Shown here: piece by piece, positions 1-18,752 of the stretch
How positions within the stretch are numbered: the stretch's first letter is position 1
How the letters are laid out: each line of letters opens with the position of its first letter
DNA from: Macrostomum lignano
Taxonomy: Eukaryota
Reading direction: 5' to 3'
NCBI GenBank assembly: GCA_002269645.1
Contig: NIVC01000224.1
Span: forward strand, 410,781 to 474,780
DNA: 64,000 nucleotides
Program-made: the position numbers and the translations under genes
The notes under the pieces: model-generated
Database searches by the model: none
What the model was told of the DNA's origin: nothing
What the model saw: the letters and a program-made list of their open reading frames with translations, nothing else

Positions 1-383
1 ATCTTCATTTTTTTTCTAATACTATATTGGCCCCATATTAAATTACCATCGATCCATCATTTGCTTGCTATGGTCCAAACTAATAATAACAAAGCGTTTA
101 AATAAACGGTGCAATAATACTTAGTTGATAAAAAACAAGCATATCGACATTGAATTTTTTTATTTAATAACCCTTTTATGTGTAGTTATTTAGTTGCGAT
201 GCTTAGAAAGTTATTTTCGATACATATCGGCTATAATTATGTTCACTCTGCTTATGTCACGAGTCGAAATCCTCTCTTTAACGTAATCCGTTTTCTATTT
301 TCAGCAATCTCAGTTGTCATTATTATATTAAACTGGTTTCTCTTCGTCATAATAATCGGATAAAATAATTGATTGATTGGTCC

Positions 384-5322
<4,939 letters not shown>

Positions 5323-5355
5323 TGGAGTGAAAAGAAAGGCTTTACGTTAATTGTT

Positions 5356-5687
5356 GTCACGTGACTCTTTTTTCGGCAAATAGGCGATGCAAAAGTGTCT
5401 ATTGGACATGACCATTGTCACGTGACTGTTCTATCAGCCAGTAAACAATGCAAGCAGACTATTGGGCAAAACGATTGTCACGTGACTATTCTCTCGGCTA
5501 ATAGCCAATAGACTATTGTCACGTGACTGTTCTATCAGCCAATAAACAATGCAAGCAGACTATTGGGCGAAACGATCGTCACGTGACTATTCTCTCGGCT
5601 AATAGCCAATAGACTATTGTCACGTGACTGTTCTATCAGCCAATAAACGATGCAGACAGTCTATTAACGAGACGATTGTCACGTGAC
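5356..5687. repeat. Tandem array of 7 GTCACGTGAC palindromes with intervening CCAAT-like motifs
   Basis: GTCACGTGAC runs from 5356 to 5678, spaced about 42-60 bp apart, with a higher-order period of about 100 bp. Confidence 0.85.
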
Positions 5688-6831
5688 TGCTTTCCCAGCC
5701 AATAAGCGACTTTCATTAGTGTGTGTTGCCAATAGAGAGCAACCGGGTGAAAAAAGCACGGTTGAGTCCATTTTACTCAGTAAACACAACTTTAAAGGAT
5801 ACTTAGCAATCGCCCTTTATATCCTCGACGTCTGTATCGATCATGTTACTTTGTTGCGATTTATTATTTATATCCACACAAAACTTATATTGTTTTCTGC
5901 CCATGTTAGTTACCTGTTCAACGGTGGAAAACAAACGAAAAAAAATCATATCAGCTCGCGTTGCAGTTTTCTCTGATGCAGTCGAACATTTTAGAATATT
6001 TTATCATTATATTTCGATTTTACATTTGTTTTATTTCTATTATCTAGGTGCATTCCAATTGAGAATTGATTTATAATCTAGTCATTAGGCATATCAAGCT
6101 TGTATTTTTGAAAGTCTTTTACTGAATTTTTTTAACGAAAACTTCTGTAAATATATTCGTACTTGACCGTTACTGAGACCTTCTTTCTTGCGAGTATATT
6201 GTGTTAATTATACATTTTTGTACTGTTGTAAGACACAGCTGTTCAAACTTTGCGTACTGTTTTCTCAACTTTTTTATTGTGTCATCTAGTGTTTGCTTTT
6301 GTTTTTCGTTTGTGTATTGTTTAATTGTTTAATTCAATTGTTTTCCTTTGTTTTAATTACTCAAGCAGCTTCTCTTTCTGTACGAGAGTCTACATGCAAG
6401 TGCAACGCATTAATGCAATTTTCATTGAACTTTTGCACTGCAGTGTAACCAGAAAGACACCTTTTTTGTCGTTGACGTCCAAGTCAATTTGTTTTACGTG
6501 TTTTTAAAAATTATTTTATATTTATTTCTCTTGTCGTCTAAAATTTAAATATTTGCCACGTATAAAGTACAAACGGAATACTGTTTTGTGTTTGTATTTG
6601 TTTTATTATTGGTGCTTGTTAAAGAAGATTTTGTTGTTTAAATTCTCTGAATATTGATTGTTTTCTGCGAACTATTTAGCAAATTAATTTTCGCGCATCT
6701 GTTTATTCAAATTTAAAAAAATTAAATTATGTGTACTTTTATTAACTTCTTGATTGTAAAACGCGGAAACAAATGCAACTCAGAGTCAGTGTTTAGAGGC
6801 ATTTGTAATTTCTACTCATAATGCCTAATTG

Positions 6832-7474
6832 ACCAGTCAGTCAGTCAGTCGGTCAGTCAGCCAGCCAGCCAGTCAGTCAGTCAGTCAGTCAGTCAGTCAG
6901 TCAGTCAGTCAGTCAGCCAGCCAGTCAGTCAGTCAGTCAGTCAGTCAGTCAGTCAGCCAGCCAGTCAGTCAGTCAGTCAGCCAGTCAGTCGGTCAGTCAG
7001 TCAGTCAGTCAGTCAGTCAGTCAGCCAGTCAGTCGGTCAGTCAGTCAGTCAGTCAGTCAGCCAGCCAGTCAGTCAGTCAGTCAGTCAGTCAGTCAGTCAG
7101 TCAGTCAGTCAGTCAGTCAGTCAGTCGGTCAGTCAGTCAGTCAGTTAGTCAGTGAGTCAGTCAGTGAGTCAGCCAGTCAGTCAGTCAGTCAGCCAGCCAG
7201 TCAGTCAGCCAGTCAGTCAGTCAGTCAGCCAGTCAGTCAGTCAATCAGTCAGTTAGTCAGTCAATCAGTCAGTTAGTCAGTCAATCAGTCAGTTAGTCAG
7301 TCAGTCAGCCAGTCAGTCAGTCAGTCAGTCAGTCAGTCAGTCAGTCAGTCAGTCAGTCAGTCAGCCAGCCAGTCAGTCAGTCAGTCAGCCAGTCAGTCAG
7401 TCAGTCAGTCAGCCAGTCAGTCAGTCAGTCAGTCAGTCAGTCAGTCAGTCAGTCAGTCAGTTAGCCAGTCAGTC
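6832..7474. repeat. (CAGT)n microsatellite
   Basis: Direct reading. Confidence 0.97.
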
Positions 7475-8307
7475 AAATTTTCTGGTACAGTAAAATATTT
7501 TAAAGGTTTCCAAGTTACCAAAGTTTTAAAAAACCATGTAAGCCTGTTAATTAGATACCAGAATTCTATTATCTCAAAGTTTCCCAAATCCTACAATTCT
7601 GAAATCCCTAAGCTTCCCATATCCCCAAATTTTGAAATCTCTAATTCCTCAAAACTATTTTGATTTCTGAACTTTAAACTTTCATTTGGCTAGCATAAAA
7701 TACTCAATTATACTACTCAATACGAATCTCAATCTAAATACAAGATACTACAAGTTGCATTGCATCTAATGCCAGTATTGCCATCTGTTTTAATGGCGTT
7801 TGTGCTATCCTCAAACCCTATACAGTCAAGGTTAAGCAGTGTTTTACTCAATGAGCTGCTATCATTTTGTAATAACAGTTATTATTTTAATAATGCTAAC
7901 TAAAATACACGTGAAAAAACCATGCTTTTTAGTGTTGTTTTTTTAAATTCATTGTTTAAATTATTTCTCACTGATAAACCAATTAAGTTAACATAATTAA
8001 ACCATAATTAACATTAAAACTCCAGTCAGTACTCCTGGTTCGTAATGTTTATTTAGCACAATGCTGCGGTTTTGACCCTGTTATTTGACCCTGCAATTGT
8101 GCTTGAGTTAAATGTACATTTCGTTTTCGAAAATCGTAATACCCTGAATAGACGTGACCAAATCGATATGCTCTGGGTTTTTATGCATTAGAATCACAAT
8201 GCAATGTGCCATCGTGCGTCGCATTATCTCGAAACTGAATTTTAGCTTGATTATTTTTTATTTTTTTACAGTATAGCTTGGCAAGCATTTATTCTAATTG
8301 CAGACAA

Positions 8308-9828
8308 ATGGCGGAGCCGACCACTTCCTGCTTTATCAAAGGCTGCACCGATCCTGTGTCTGGCACCGGTGCTCGAATCCGTCAGCCACTGTGTGTAAGA
8401 CATCTTGAACAGGACAGGCACAGGGTGCGTGAGCTGCACAGGAATTTACAGACCAAACTGAAGCCATTGCTGGAATTGCAGAAAGAATTCAGGATGCAGC
8501 AGCAAGCTCTGTCAGTTGAGCTGCAAGAGACTGAGGAGCTGTTTGAGTCGGCTGTGGACTCGCTGATGAAGTGGAAGGCAGCTGTGACAAAGCGACTGAC
8601 TGAGAGACACGACAGCGTGTTGCAGAATCTGCAGCAGTTGTCCGCTCTGCAGGAGTATGAGCGAGAAGTGACGGAAGCAGAAGAGCACAATGACTTCAAT
8701 AAGATGTTTGAAATTTCTAACGCGTTAGATATAAAGAGTGAAGAGTTGCAGATGACGTGCGACACGACTATTACCGAAGACTCTGAGCGAGGCACTGGAA
8801 GGACTGTGGGCGATGTGAGCGGCTGTGTGAGAGACTTGCAGCTGCTGATTGACAGACACCTGAGTGATGTGATGCAGCTGTGCGAGTCAGCAGAGCCTCT
8901 TACTGCACAAAAGCCAATCTGTGAGTTTCAGTCTGAAATAAAAGATCTGCCGGGTTCTCCTTTCTATGTAACATCATGCAGCAACACGCAAGGCTTTTAC
9001 GTGGACTCTCAGAGCAAGGTGGTCAAGGAGGTCACTGACAGAGAGCTCCCACAGCCGTGTCTCTTCGTTAGTTTTCATCCTGAGAATAAGATGAACTACC
9101 TTCTTGCCTGTTCAGTAGACGGCAAAGTAAAGGCAAAAGTTCCTCTCGAAATTGACACCTCAGAACCTGTTGCTGGACTCTGCTCTGACAGCAAGCGACA
9201 GACTATTTATGTTGCGGAGTTTGATGCAGTGAAAGTGACGGACCTGAGCGGCTGCGTGACGCAGGTTTTCAACTCGAGCAGCCTGGGACAGCCAGTCGAC
9301 TTTATTGCTTTGGCCTGCAGCTCTGACAAGATATTTGCTTTGAGCGATGTCAACCCAGAATGGTCAGTGCTGTGCATCGATAAAGACAGCGGTCAGCTGC
9401 AGGCCAACATTACCTTAGTTGGTGTCAGTCTCTCTGGTAAATTCACTGAGGGCATGTCTGTAATCGACAACTCGCTGCTGCTCACTGACTATGAAGGTGG
9501 GAAGCTCTACAAAGTGTGCATCGCCAGCGGTCAGCTGATCTCGACCTACCCGACCAAGCGAAGCCGTTTTAAAAAGTTTTCTGGACCGGTTGGTGTCGCG
9601 GCTCATCGCTCAGGTCTGCTGTGTGTCAGCGAGTATGCAGAGCATGCGGTTACTTTGATGCGGAGTGACGGCACTGTGCTGCAGACTATCGAACTCGAGG
9701 GTCAAGCTGGCAGTGACGGTGACGAACTTGATGACCCATTTGGCTTGGCGATCGTTGAAGGAAGCCCGAAGCTGCTGGCGGTGTGTCAAGATTCAAAATC
9801 GATTGGCCTTTATAAGCTTACTGTGTAA
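8308..9828 (+). CDS. Zn-knuckle + coiled-coil + NHL-like beta-propeller protein, copy A (TRIM-NHL-like architecture, no RING)
   Basis: Intronless 506-codon ORF from ATG 8308, preceded by acceptor TTGCAG. N-terminal C-x4-C-x15-C-x2-H, a Q/E/L-rich coiled coil, and C-terminal NHL-like blades ([23 protein letters not shown]; [11 protein letters not shown]). Confidence 0.8.
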   Translation: MAEPTTSCFIKGCTDPVSGTGARIRQPLCVRHLEQDRHRVRELHRNLQTKLKPLLELQKEFRMQQQALSVELQETEELFESAVDSLMKWKAAVTKRLTERHDSVLQNLQQLSALQEYEREVTEAEEHNDFNKMFEISNALDIKSEELQMTCDTTITEDSERGTGRTVGDVSGCVRDLQLLIDRHLSDVMQLCESAEPLTAQKPICEFQSEIKDLPGSPFYVTSCSNTQGFYVDSQSKVVKEVTDRELPQPCLFVSFHPENKMNYLLACSVDGKVKAKVPLEIDTSEPVAGLCSDSKRQTIYVAEFDAVKVTDLSGCVTQVFNSSSLGQPVDFIALACSSDKIFALSDVNPEWSVLCIDKDSGQLQANITLVGVSLSGKFTEGMSVIDNSLLLTDYEGGKLYKVCIASGQLISTYPTKRSRFKKFSGPVGVAAHRSGLLCVSEYAEHAVTLMRSDGTVLQTIELEGQAGSDGDELDDPFGLAIVEGSPKLLAVCQDSKSIGLYKLTV

Positions 9829-12570
9829 TTTTAAAGTTTATTCGCATCTCTACGGTTTCAAATCTTATTTGACGTCTATGTTAATTGTTGTTTTGTCCAC
9901 CCTCAATGCCGTTTTTGGCAGGTCATGAGCATTCGCATACTTTTATAGTAACAGTTACTAGTCTACTGTTATGAGTGGTCATTTTGTTTTAGCTTGATCA
10001 TAGACGCAAATATTTTCATTAATAGAGCCGTTTAAGTATACCAATGATAAATTTTTCGCAGATTTAATCAATTTCTTTTCAACGTAACTACAAAGAAAAA
10101 TCCTTATCCATCGACTAAGTTTTATTTTAACTTACTAAAATACTTTGAATTGAATGCTTTCGTAACCCTGTGTTGTAGATACGTACGGGCTATTGTCTGC
10201 AATTACATATATGCTTGTCTTTCTTTCAAATGTAATCGATTTTTTATTTGTGAAAGCGAGGCTTTGGATCCATTTTTAGCTAATTACTTTTCGGATTTCG
10301 GATTAGAAGCCTATGAGTTTGATTTTTGGAAATTTTAAATTTTTGAGTCAGTATAACAAAATCTATCATAATAATCGATACAGCATGTCTGATATTAAGA
10401 GATAAAATTTCTCAACTCTCGGAAATTGAACTCATACACACGAGTAAATACAAATGCCAAAAATATTCTATTAATTGCCAACTTTTCGACTTTTCTATTT
10501 TTCTGATCCCCCGCGTGTTGCCATACATGCGGCTATATATGGCTTTTTTTATGTCTTTCCGCATTAATTGTTTTTCTTTTAAGTTTGATTCACCCTTTTT
10601 TAATTAAAATGTCTTTTGACAAGAAATATACAAACAATTGACTGATTTGCCGATAAAGTTATGCAATGTCTTAATGTGCTTTTTTCAGTTTCTGTGTTTG
10701 GAATCCATTAGGTAGGTTTAAAGGTAACTAAGATTGGCGTGAAGTATTTCACATTATTTAAGAATGTCTGGGACTTTTATAATAAGGTTGTTCCAGTCGG
10801 CTGTTTAAGTGCCTGCTGCTAGACAGTTTTTGCTTCCTTGACCGAAATTTCTTCCTGGGTACCAACTTAAACTTCAATTTTAATAGAACAGTCCTACCTG
10901 TTGCTAAGGCTATGTCCACTTGCCATTACTTTTGAATAACTGGACGAATTACGAATTGTGACTACGAAACTTCGTCCTAATTGTCCTTTCAACATGAAGG
11001 AGAGTGTGACTCATGAGATTTTCTTGTGTCAGCTGTTATCTGACAGCTATCCTATCAGAAGTTAACAATGCTTGGACGAAATGGCTGTTGTTTGTTCCAA
11101 ATAGCAATGCCTCGATTTGCTCCTAACAGTTCAGACTTGGCTTAAGCTTTTTTCACCAAGTAACTAATATTAGTTTGGCAGCAGTGAAGATCAACCCCAC
11201 ATTGCTTGCATCTACTTTTGCTGCTCATATCAAGACTTGCGACCTGGTGCTAAAAAAAACAGAAGGCAATGGCAAAGATGCAGTCAGAGCTGGACGAACA
11301 GCGCCAGGTTGTGGCAGAGCGCGAGAAGGCGAATATGACACAACAGCAGAAGGCAGCACACTCTTGTGCAAGCTGACATTAGTGCCCTGCTAAAAGATGC
11401 CAGCCGTTATGGTGTTCCCAATTCTGCAAAGAAGCTGCAGAAAAAACTTGAATGACTATGCTTCCCTGAATTTCACTCTGTCACAAGCTGTCTCCAAACC
11501 TTTCCGATTGTAAAATTCCCATGTTTAAAGTGTCAAAAATCCTTAAGCCAGCCTATTGCAGCGCCCCTGAAGTGACACATTTTGGCCCTAAAAGTTCTCA
11601 TCCAGATTGAATGTTTTTTAACCAATGAATGCGCTCCAACTAGCAAAAGCTGAGGACACGACCCCAACCAATGAAAAGTAGCTATGGATCACCCAATGCG
11701 ATCAAGACTGAAAAGTACTATAAAAGCCCATGTCAACCAAGCAAGAAGCTCGCCTTTTTTTGCCCCTCTCTTTTTCCCTCTCCCCTCTTTTAGCTTTTGT
11801 TAGCTACCTAAGAATTACCTTTGATTGAAACAGTTAGGGTCTCAACCCGAATACCAAAACTGATAAATTAATCTATTGAAACCAAACTAACAATCAACCC
11901 ACACTCCACAACAGACTGAACCTTCGGTTCACCCCAAACAACAAGAACCCATTGTAGCTTGAACCGAACGAGCTTCTTATTTGGAATTCCATCTTAGACA
12001 TTCTATTTTGTAAGATAACATCTCAAGATTGTGACCATCAAATACAACGGTCAAGTGTTTGCATTATCAGGAAAAGTCAGTTGAATCCGCCGCCTCAGTT
12101 ATTTGGCTCTCACAATGAAACCTGAAGTAGACATAGAGCCATAGGGATGAGAGACCAGACGAGCAACACCATATTTAAAATATTTCCCCCCATCATCAGA
12201 AATGGGCTCATAGGAGCAATCTAATCTATTTATTCATCCTTGATGCAGACAGCGTACAAAATGAAGAGCTAGGCAAAGCTTTGTCCTAAACACACCAGTG
12301 CTATAGATACAATTATCGATGCCATTAATACCATAGTCCCGTGCAAATTTAAATTCCTATTCATCTGGATCTGACCGCAAAATTGAAGTTTCCGTTTTTA
12401 AGCAAGTTATATGGTTTCAAAAGTAACTTTAAAGTTGTGAATTACGTCATTTGGTCCCTCTCGCATCATATCAACTTAAATATGGCATTTTTGGCTTTGT
12501 TAAAAGTTTTTCAGTATTTTCACAGGAAAAGTATTTTTCATTATTTTAAAGTATTTTCAGTTCCAACTCA

Positions 12571-14091
12571 ATGTCGGAGCCGACCACTTCCTGCTTTATC
12601 AAAGGCTGCACCGATCCTGTGTCTGGCACCGGTGCTCGAATACGTCAGCCACTGTGTGAAAGACATCTCGAACAGGACAGGCACAGGGTGCGTGAGTTGC
12701 ACAAGAATTTACATACAAAGATGAAGCCCTTGCTGAAATTGCAAACCATATTTCGGATGCAGCAGCAAGCTCTGTCAGTTGAGCTGCAAGAGACTGAGGA
12801 GCTGTTTGAGTCGGCTGTGGACTCGCTGATGAAGTGGAAGGCAGCTGTGACAAAGCGACTGACTGAGAGACACGACAGCGTGTTGCAGAATCTGCAGCAG
12901 TTGTCCGCTCTGCAGGAGTATGAGCGAGAAGTGACGGAAGCAGAAAAGCACAATGACTTCAATAAGATGTTTGAAATTTCTAACGCGTTAGATATAAAGA
13001 GTGAAGAGTTGCAGACGACGTGTGGCACGGCGTCTAACGAAGACTCTGAACGAGGCACTGTAAGGACTGTGGGCGATGTGAGCGGCTGTGTGAGGGACTT
13101 GCAGCTGCTGATTGACAGACACCTGAGTGATGTGATGCAGCTGTGCGAGTCAGCAGAGCCTCTTACTGCACAAAAGCCAATCTGTGAGTTTCAGTCTGAA
13201 ATAAAAGATCTGCCGGGCTCCCCTCTCCATGTGTCATCAGGCAGCAACACGCAAGGCTTTTACGTGGACTCTCAGAGAAAGGTGGTCAAGGAGGTCACTG
13301 ACAGAGAGCTCCCACAGCCGTGTCTCTTCATTAGTTTTTGTCCTAATCATAAGATAAACCACCTTCTTGCCTGCTCAGTCGACGGCTTAGTGAAAGCGCA
13401 GCTACAGCTCGACATTGATGTCTCAAAAACTGTTGTAGGACTCTGCTGTGACAGCAAGCGACAGAGTCTTTATGTCGCCCAGTTTGATGTAGTGAAAGTG
13501 ACGGACCTGAGCGGCTGCGTGACGCAGGTTTTGAACTCTAGCAGCCTGGGACAGCCAGTCAACTTTTTTGCCTTGACCTGCAGCTCTGACAAGATATTTG
13601 CTTTGAGCAAAGGCAACCCAGAATGGTCAGTGCTGTGCATCGATAAAGACAGCGGTCAGCTGCAGACTAAAATTTCCTTGATTGGAGCCAGTCCCTCTGG
13701 TAAATATGTCGAGGGCATGTCTGTAATCGACAATACGCTGCTGCTTGCTGACTATGCCGGTGGCAAGCTCTACAAAGTGTGCATCGCCAGCGGTCAGCTG
13801 ATTACGACCTACCCGACCAAGCGAAGTCCTCTGGAGAAGTTTCGTGGAACTGTTGGTGTCGCGGTTCATCCGTCGGGTCTGCTGTTTGTCAGCGAGCGTT
13901 CAGGGCATGTGGTTCGTTTGATGCGGAGTGACGGCACTGTGCTGCAGACTGTCGCAGTGGAGGGTCAGACTGGCATTTGCGGAAGAAAACTTGATAACCC
14001 ATTGGGCTTGACGATCATTGAAGGAAGCCCCAAGCTGCTGGCGGTGTGTCAGAATTTAAAATCAATTGGTCTTTATACTTTTACTGTGTAA
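12571..14091 (+). CDS. Zn-knuckle + coiled-coil + NHL-like beta-propeller protein, copy B
   Basis: 506-aa ORF colinear with copy A. Acceptor TTTTCAG lies 10 nt upstream of the ATG. Confidence 0.8.
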   Translation: MSEPTTSCFIKGCTDPVSGTGARIRQPLCERHLEQDRHRVRELHKNLHTKMKPLLKLQTIFRMQQQALSVELQETEELFESAVDSLMKWKAAVTKRLTERHDSVLQNLQQLSALQEYEREVTEAEKHNDFNKMFEISNALDIKSEELQTTCGTASNEDSERGTVRTVGDVSGCVRDLQLLIDRHLSDVMQLCESAEPLTAQKPICEFQSEIKDLPGSPLHVSSGSNTQGFYVDSQRKVVKEVTDRELPQPCLFISFCPNHKINHLLACSVDGLVKAQLQLDIDVSKTVVGLCCDSKRQSLYVAQFDVVKVTDLSGCVTQVLNSSSLGQPVNFFALTCSSDKIFALSKGNPEWSVLCIDKDSGQLQTKISLIGASPSGKYVEGMSVIDNTLLLADYAGGKLYKVCIASGQLITTYPTKRSPLEKFRGTVGVAVHPSGLLFVSERSGHVVRLMRSDGTVLQTVAVEGQTGICGRKLDNPLGLTIIEGSPKLLAVCQNLKSIGLYTFTV

Positions 14092-14897
14092 TTTTTAAGT
14101 TCATCGGGATAAATTTGCGCTTGTGAAGGCTGTTTGACGTGGTGTTAGTTATTTTTTTTCACATTTAATGTTTTCTTTTTACACTTCATTAGTAGTCTAA
14201 TGCTGTATTAGTAGTAATTTGAGTAGTCAGCAGTTATTTTTCGGTTCATCCGGCACGCAATTATTTGAAAAGCTATTTTTAATTTATATACTGATTTTAC
14301 TGCGAGTGGAAATCAATTTTTGTTTACTTACTTTATGTGTTGTGACTAAAATTTATAGTGACTGATTAACACTGATTACCTGATGCATATTTTTCTTCTG
14401 TTCAATTTTTCACTCTTAGCAACAAGGCTGTGATTCCTTTTTAGCAAATTACTTTTTATTCAAATTCGAAGGCTGAGTTGGACCTTCTCGAAATTTTAAT
14501 TTTTTAATAGTAAGTATAACAAAATTTATCATAATAATCTAAATATAGCATTCCGTTATAGGGCTGGAGGAATTATTCGAAATTAGGAAATTTATTTTAA
14601 ACATTAATACTAGTAGGGCAATCAAAAATTTTAATAAATTGCCAACTTTCTGGCTTTTTTCTTCAGATACATCAGTGGTGCCACATTTTATGCTATTTGT
14701 TGTTTTCTGCGCTGAAATTTCTTCTATATTTGATCGTCTATTGTTGCTAAAAAGTCTTTCGACAAGAAATATACGAACTATTGAAAATTTGCTAATTTCC
14801 TGATAAGGTTATCAAATGTCTTAAGCTGTTATTTTAGTTTCTGTGTTTGGAATCCATTAGTTAGGTTCAAATGTAACTAGGATTATATTTATATATA

Positions 14898-15590
14898 GAC
14901 ATTGATAACTCCAAAACTGTTGTAGGACTTTGCTGTGAGAGCAAGCGACAGAGTCTTCATGTTGCTCAGTTTGATACAGTGAAAGTGACGGATCTGAGCG
15001 GCTGCGTGATTTAGGTTTTTGACTCAAAGAACCTCAAACAGCCAGTCGACTTCAGTGGCTTGGCCTGCAGCTCTGACAAGATATTTTCTTTGAGTTTAGG
15101 CAGCCCAGAATGGTCAGTGCTGTGCATCGATAAAGACAGCGGTCAGCTGCAGACCAAAATTACCTTAGTTGATGTCTGTCCGTCCGGTAAATTCATCGAG
15201 GGCATGTCTGTAATTGACAACGCGCTGCTGCTCACAGACTATGCTAATGGCAAGCTCTACAAAGTGTGCATCGCCAGCAGTCAGCTGATATTGACCTACC
15301 CGACCAAGCGAGGTCGGGTAGGTCGTGTTGCTGTCGCGGCTCATCGCTCGGGTCTGCTGTTTGTCAGTGAGTGTTTAGGGCATGTAGTTCGTGTGATGCG
15401 GAGTGACGGCACTGTGCTGCAGACTGTCGAAGTCGACTGTCAGGCTGGCAGTGACGGTGACACACTTGACGACCCGTTTGGCCTGACGATTATTGAAGGA
15501 AACCCCAAGCTGCTGGCTGTCACTCAGAGTAGCATGTCTTTCTGCATTTATAGACTGAATATGTGTGACTCTCTTGCGAAATCCTACTAA
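14898..15590 (+). pseudogene. 5'-truncated propeller-only copy C of the same family
   Basis: Homology begins abruptly at [18 protein letters not shown] (14898). An in-frame TAG at 15012-15014 replaces the Gln codon of the other copies. The C-terminus diverges (..[17 protein letters not shown]). Confidence 0.8.
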
Positions 15591-16783
15591 CTATTTAGTC
15601 TTTTTGTTGTCGTAACTAGTCTTGTTTCGCTCGCCTGTTTGGCTTTGCTGTTATTGATTCTGTTTCATCATTTTAAGTTTTTTATAGTTGGTTCTTACGA
15701 GTAAGCTTTTCGTTTAGTTCGTTTCCAATATGATGCAGCATTTTTGCACCAGCTATTATCGCTTTTGGGAAGTTTCGAATGTGATTTCAGACTAACAACG
15801 GGAGACTCGCGTCACCAGTGTGTACATGCATAAATATGTGCTTTATATAATACGCGTAGCTCGTAAAGTTTAAAAATGCAACTGACGAAAATATTTAAGG
15901 TCACTTGCAACCAATTTGAGTGAGCAAACAATTCTTTAGACAGATTTATCACTGCTAATAATGAGCTAACCGTATTATTTAAGTTTAACTTGATCGAGAC
16001 AGTTCTTGCCAATTGGCAAACCAGCATTGCATGATGAGCATAGAGAGTCTTAGATTGATTTTCCCGAAGTTTAATTTAGATTAGATATTTGATGAAGTGT
16101 TTTTGACAGTGTTTGTTTTTGTTTTGTTTTTGAAGTGTTATTGACTTGTAAAAACTTTATCCTACTAGCCCACGGTAGTAAAATTTATTTTTGCTGATGC
16201 ATATTTTCGATAGTCACAAATTGCTGTCTGGCGTTCATCCTCTTATTATCCAGCTTTTTTAGGTTCCCGAAGTCTCTTATCCCTTCACTGATACTAGAAT
16301 AAGTCAACATGCCACTCGCAATTAAACTTGTGAAATAGTAGAGCGTCTACGCCGTCTACTCTTCATTCAGTAGTTTTTCTGCGCAGTGTCACTTAAATTT
16401 ATTGTGGCAGCTAAAATTTTCTCCTTTCCCTGGGTTGGTGGTTTTCGTAAGGTTAAGAATGAACAACAGGCATTTAACTCGATGTACGCAAGTGAACGCA
16501 AGAAGAACGAAAATCAGTCTATAAGACAGGCCCAATCTGTTATCGGCCTGGCTGTGGGCTTGAACGCCACCTCTTTCTCTCTTGCTCGCTATGCACGCAT
16601 TGGATTCGGGTTTGATTTTAAAAAGACGATGGCAATTGTTGCAGATTCGAAAGCTTTAAATATTTTGTAAAATTCAATGATTATGTATCAGATTAAACAT
16701 GCCTCAGGCCCTCGTGATTTATACAAATAACTCCCGAAAAAGGCATGTGTAATCTCGTATAAACCATAGACATTAAGACTTTG

Positions 16784-18093
16784 TTGTTAAACGAGGGTGG
16801 GAAGCTTAGCTACCCGCGGATCAGCCCGGGGTGGGCTCTGCCGCTGGGGGGCACTACCAGGGGCCAAGGCATTAGCTGTCCAGGGCCCGAGATACCCCTT
16901 GGATACATTGGGATTGGACCCAGCTTAAAGCTAGGGAAAGGGCGAGTTGACCCAAGCCTACGGTACAAGACACCGCCAACCCAAACAGTGGAATCAGGGA
17001 CGGTGCTAGGACCGAGTCCACCCAGGCCACCCCCCCAGCTAGCGAGTCCTCGGGAGTGCGCAGAAAAATTGGAGAGCGAAATGCTACTAAGGAAGCGGTC
17101 CGAGTGAGGAGTTACTCCTAAACCTACGGAAATGGCTTAAACTATTGGAGCGAGTCTGGGCAGCTAATTACCACGAGCGATCCTATACAGGGGGTTCAGG
17201 AGCCCTGAAGGTCTCGAGCCTCAAGGCTTTTCACTACCCAGCTCTATTTTGGAGTGAGTCTGGAAGGCTTGTATCCGAGGGGGAGACTCCAGGCGGGAAG
17301 ACCGTCCACCTCTATTGCTACCAGCCCAAGGGCATCGCCTATCCAGCTCATTATTGGGGGCCAGGCCAAGGGGTCGGGAGAAGAGGCACCCAGGGCAAGA
17401 GGACTCCGGACTCAGCCGTTTGTCCCCGGTTCGGGACGAACATCCTTCCCAGGACACCAATCCACTGTCAGGATGAGAGCCAGAGACACGCAAGCAGGGA
17501 CCTTTCAGCAGGAGCCAGGAGATGGACCCGAGGACAGGGCAAGATGGACCGGGCAGGGGCAGAGCTCAAAACTCCGTAGGTTGGAAGGCTTCAAGTGGCC
17601 AGATAAAAGAATAAAATAATAAAAGCCACAAAGGCACAAAGCTAGGGATAAAACAGCGCTGGGATGCCAGCCCAGAAAAAAAGAATGGCAGAAGGGAGGA
17701 GCACCATAGCCCTAAAGCAGGCAGCTTGCCGACCTGCAGCCCGGGTGCACAGCCTCAGGGCTGGCATGCTACTGGGTCTACCGTACACCTTTGTGAATTG
17801 GTCATTCTTTCCTGCAGGGCGGGTACGACCGGGGGGCTCAGTCCCGTCCTAGCCACACTGCAGTCCAGAGAACCTACTCACTCCAGGCACCACCCCCCCC
17901 CCTAAACCAAGGCCGAGGGCCGAAATTCTATTGGTTAGAAAAAAAGAATAGGGTTTAGTATTTGTAATGGGCACAGCCCCTCCGGGGCGGACCCTTAGAA
18001 ATTGGCATAGCCAATCGGATTGCGCACAACCCTTAGACAAGCTGCCAGAGAGACAGCCAGGGTAAAAACAGTCAGAGACCGAGGGATTTATGA
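16784..18093. mobile_element. Unclassified 1.3-kb GC-rich insertion flanked by 59-bp perfect direct repeats
   Basis: AAATAACTCCCGAAAAAGGCATGTGTAATCTCGTATAAACCATAGACATTAAGACTTTG occurs at 16725-16783 and 18094-18152. The interior is much more GC-rich than the flanks and shows no recognisable protein domain. Confidence 0.6.
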
Positions 18094-18752
18094 AAATAAC
18101 TCCCGAAAAAGGCATGTGTAATCTCGTATAAACCATAGACATTAAGACTTTGCGGGATATTATTGAATATTACCAAATAAAATCCCGGAAAACGCAAATA
18201 TTGTCACGGAAAGTCTTTATTTCTATGGATTATATACATTACTATCATAAAGGCAAAATACGCAAATGTAACTACTAAAAAGAAGTACGAGTAAATAGGT
18301 GTTTTTTCCTGAATAACACATCTTGCTTTTTTTAGTATCTGTAAGCCCACCGCATATTTATTTATCTGTTATTTGTTTTAGTGTCAAGACAAAACTTAGT
18401 CCCCAAGGGTAGAAAACTCTAGATCTCTGTTTAAAGCACCCAGTGCCATGGATAGGAGGATTGAGACCAATAATACCAAAGTACCATGCAAGTTTAAATC
18501 CCTAGTGATACTTGGTTTTGAATCTAGAATTAAAATTCTGGCTATCGAAGTTGGATGCTTTAAATATAAGTTTATAAACTTGTTATTTACCCTCTCATTA
18601 AGTCACTCTCGCATTGCCCTTTTATGGTGATTAACCTAGAGTTGGCAGATTTCAGAAGTAATTATTCATACAAGTTAGCTTTGCGTCAAGAAATGGTTTT
18701 CTGATTTCTGTATTAAATTTTACTATAATATCTTTTTTTCAGTTACAACTCA

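Noticed and set aside
12183-12199. Minus-strand CTGATGA-TGGGG-GAAA hammerhead-like core
   Set aside because: Stem II cannot pair and there is no valid NUH cleavage triplet.
11175-12330. Short coiled-coil-like and coding-looking fragments between propeller copies A and B
   Set aside because: They are interrupted by stops and show no recognisable motif. Possibly a decayed element, but a call cannot be supported.
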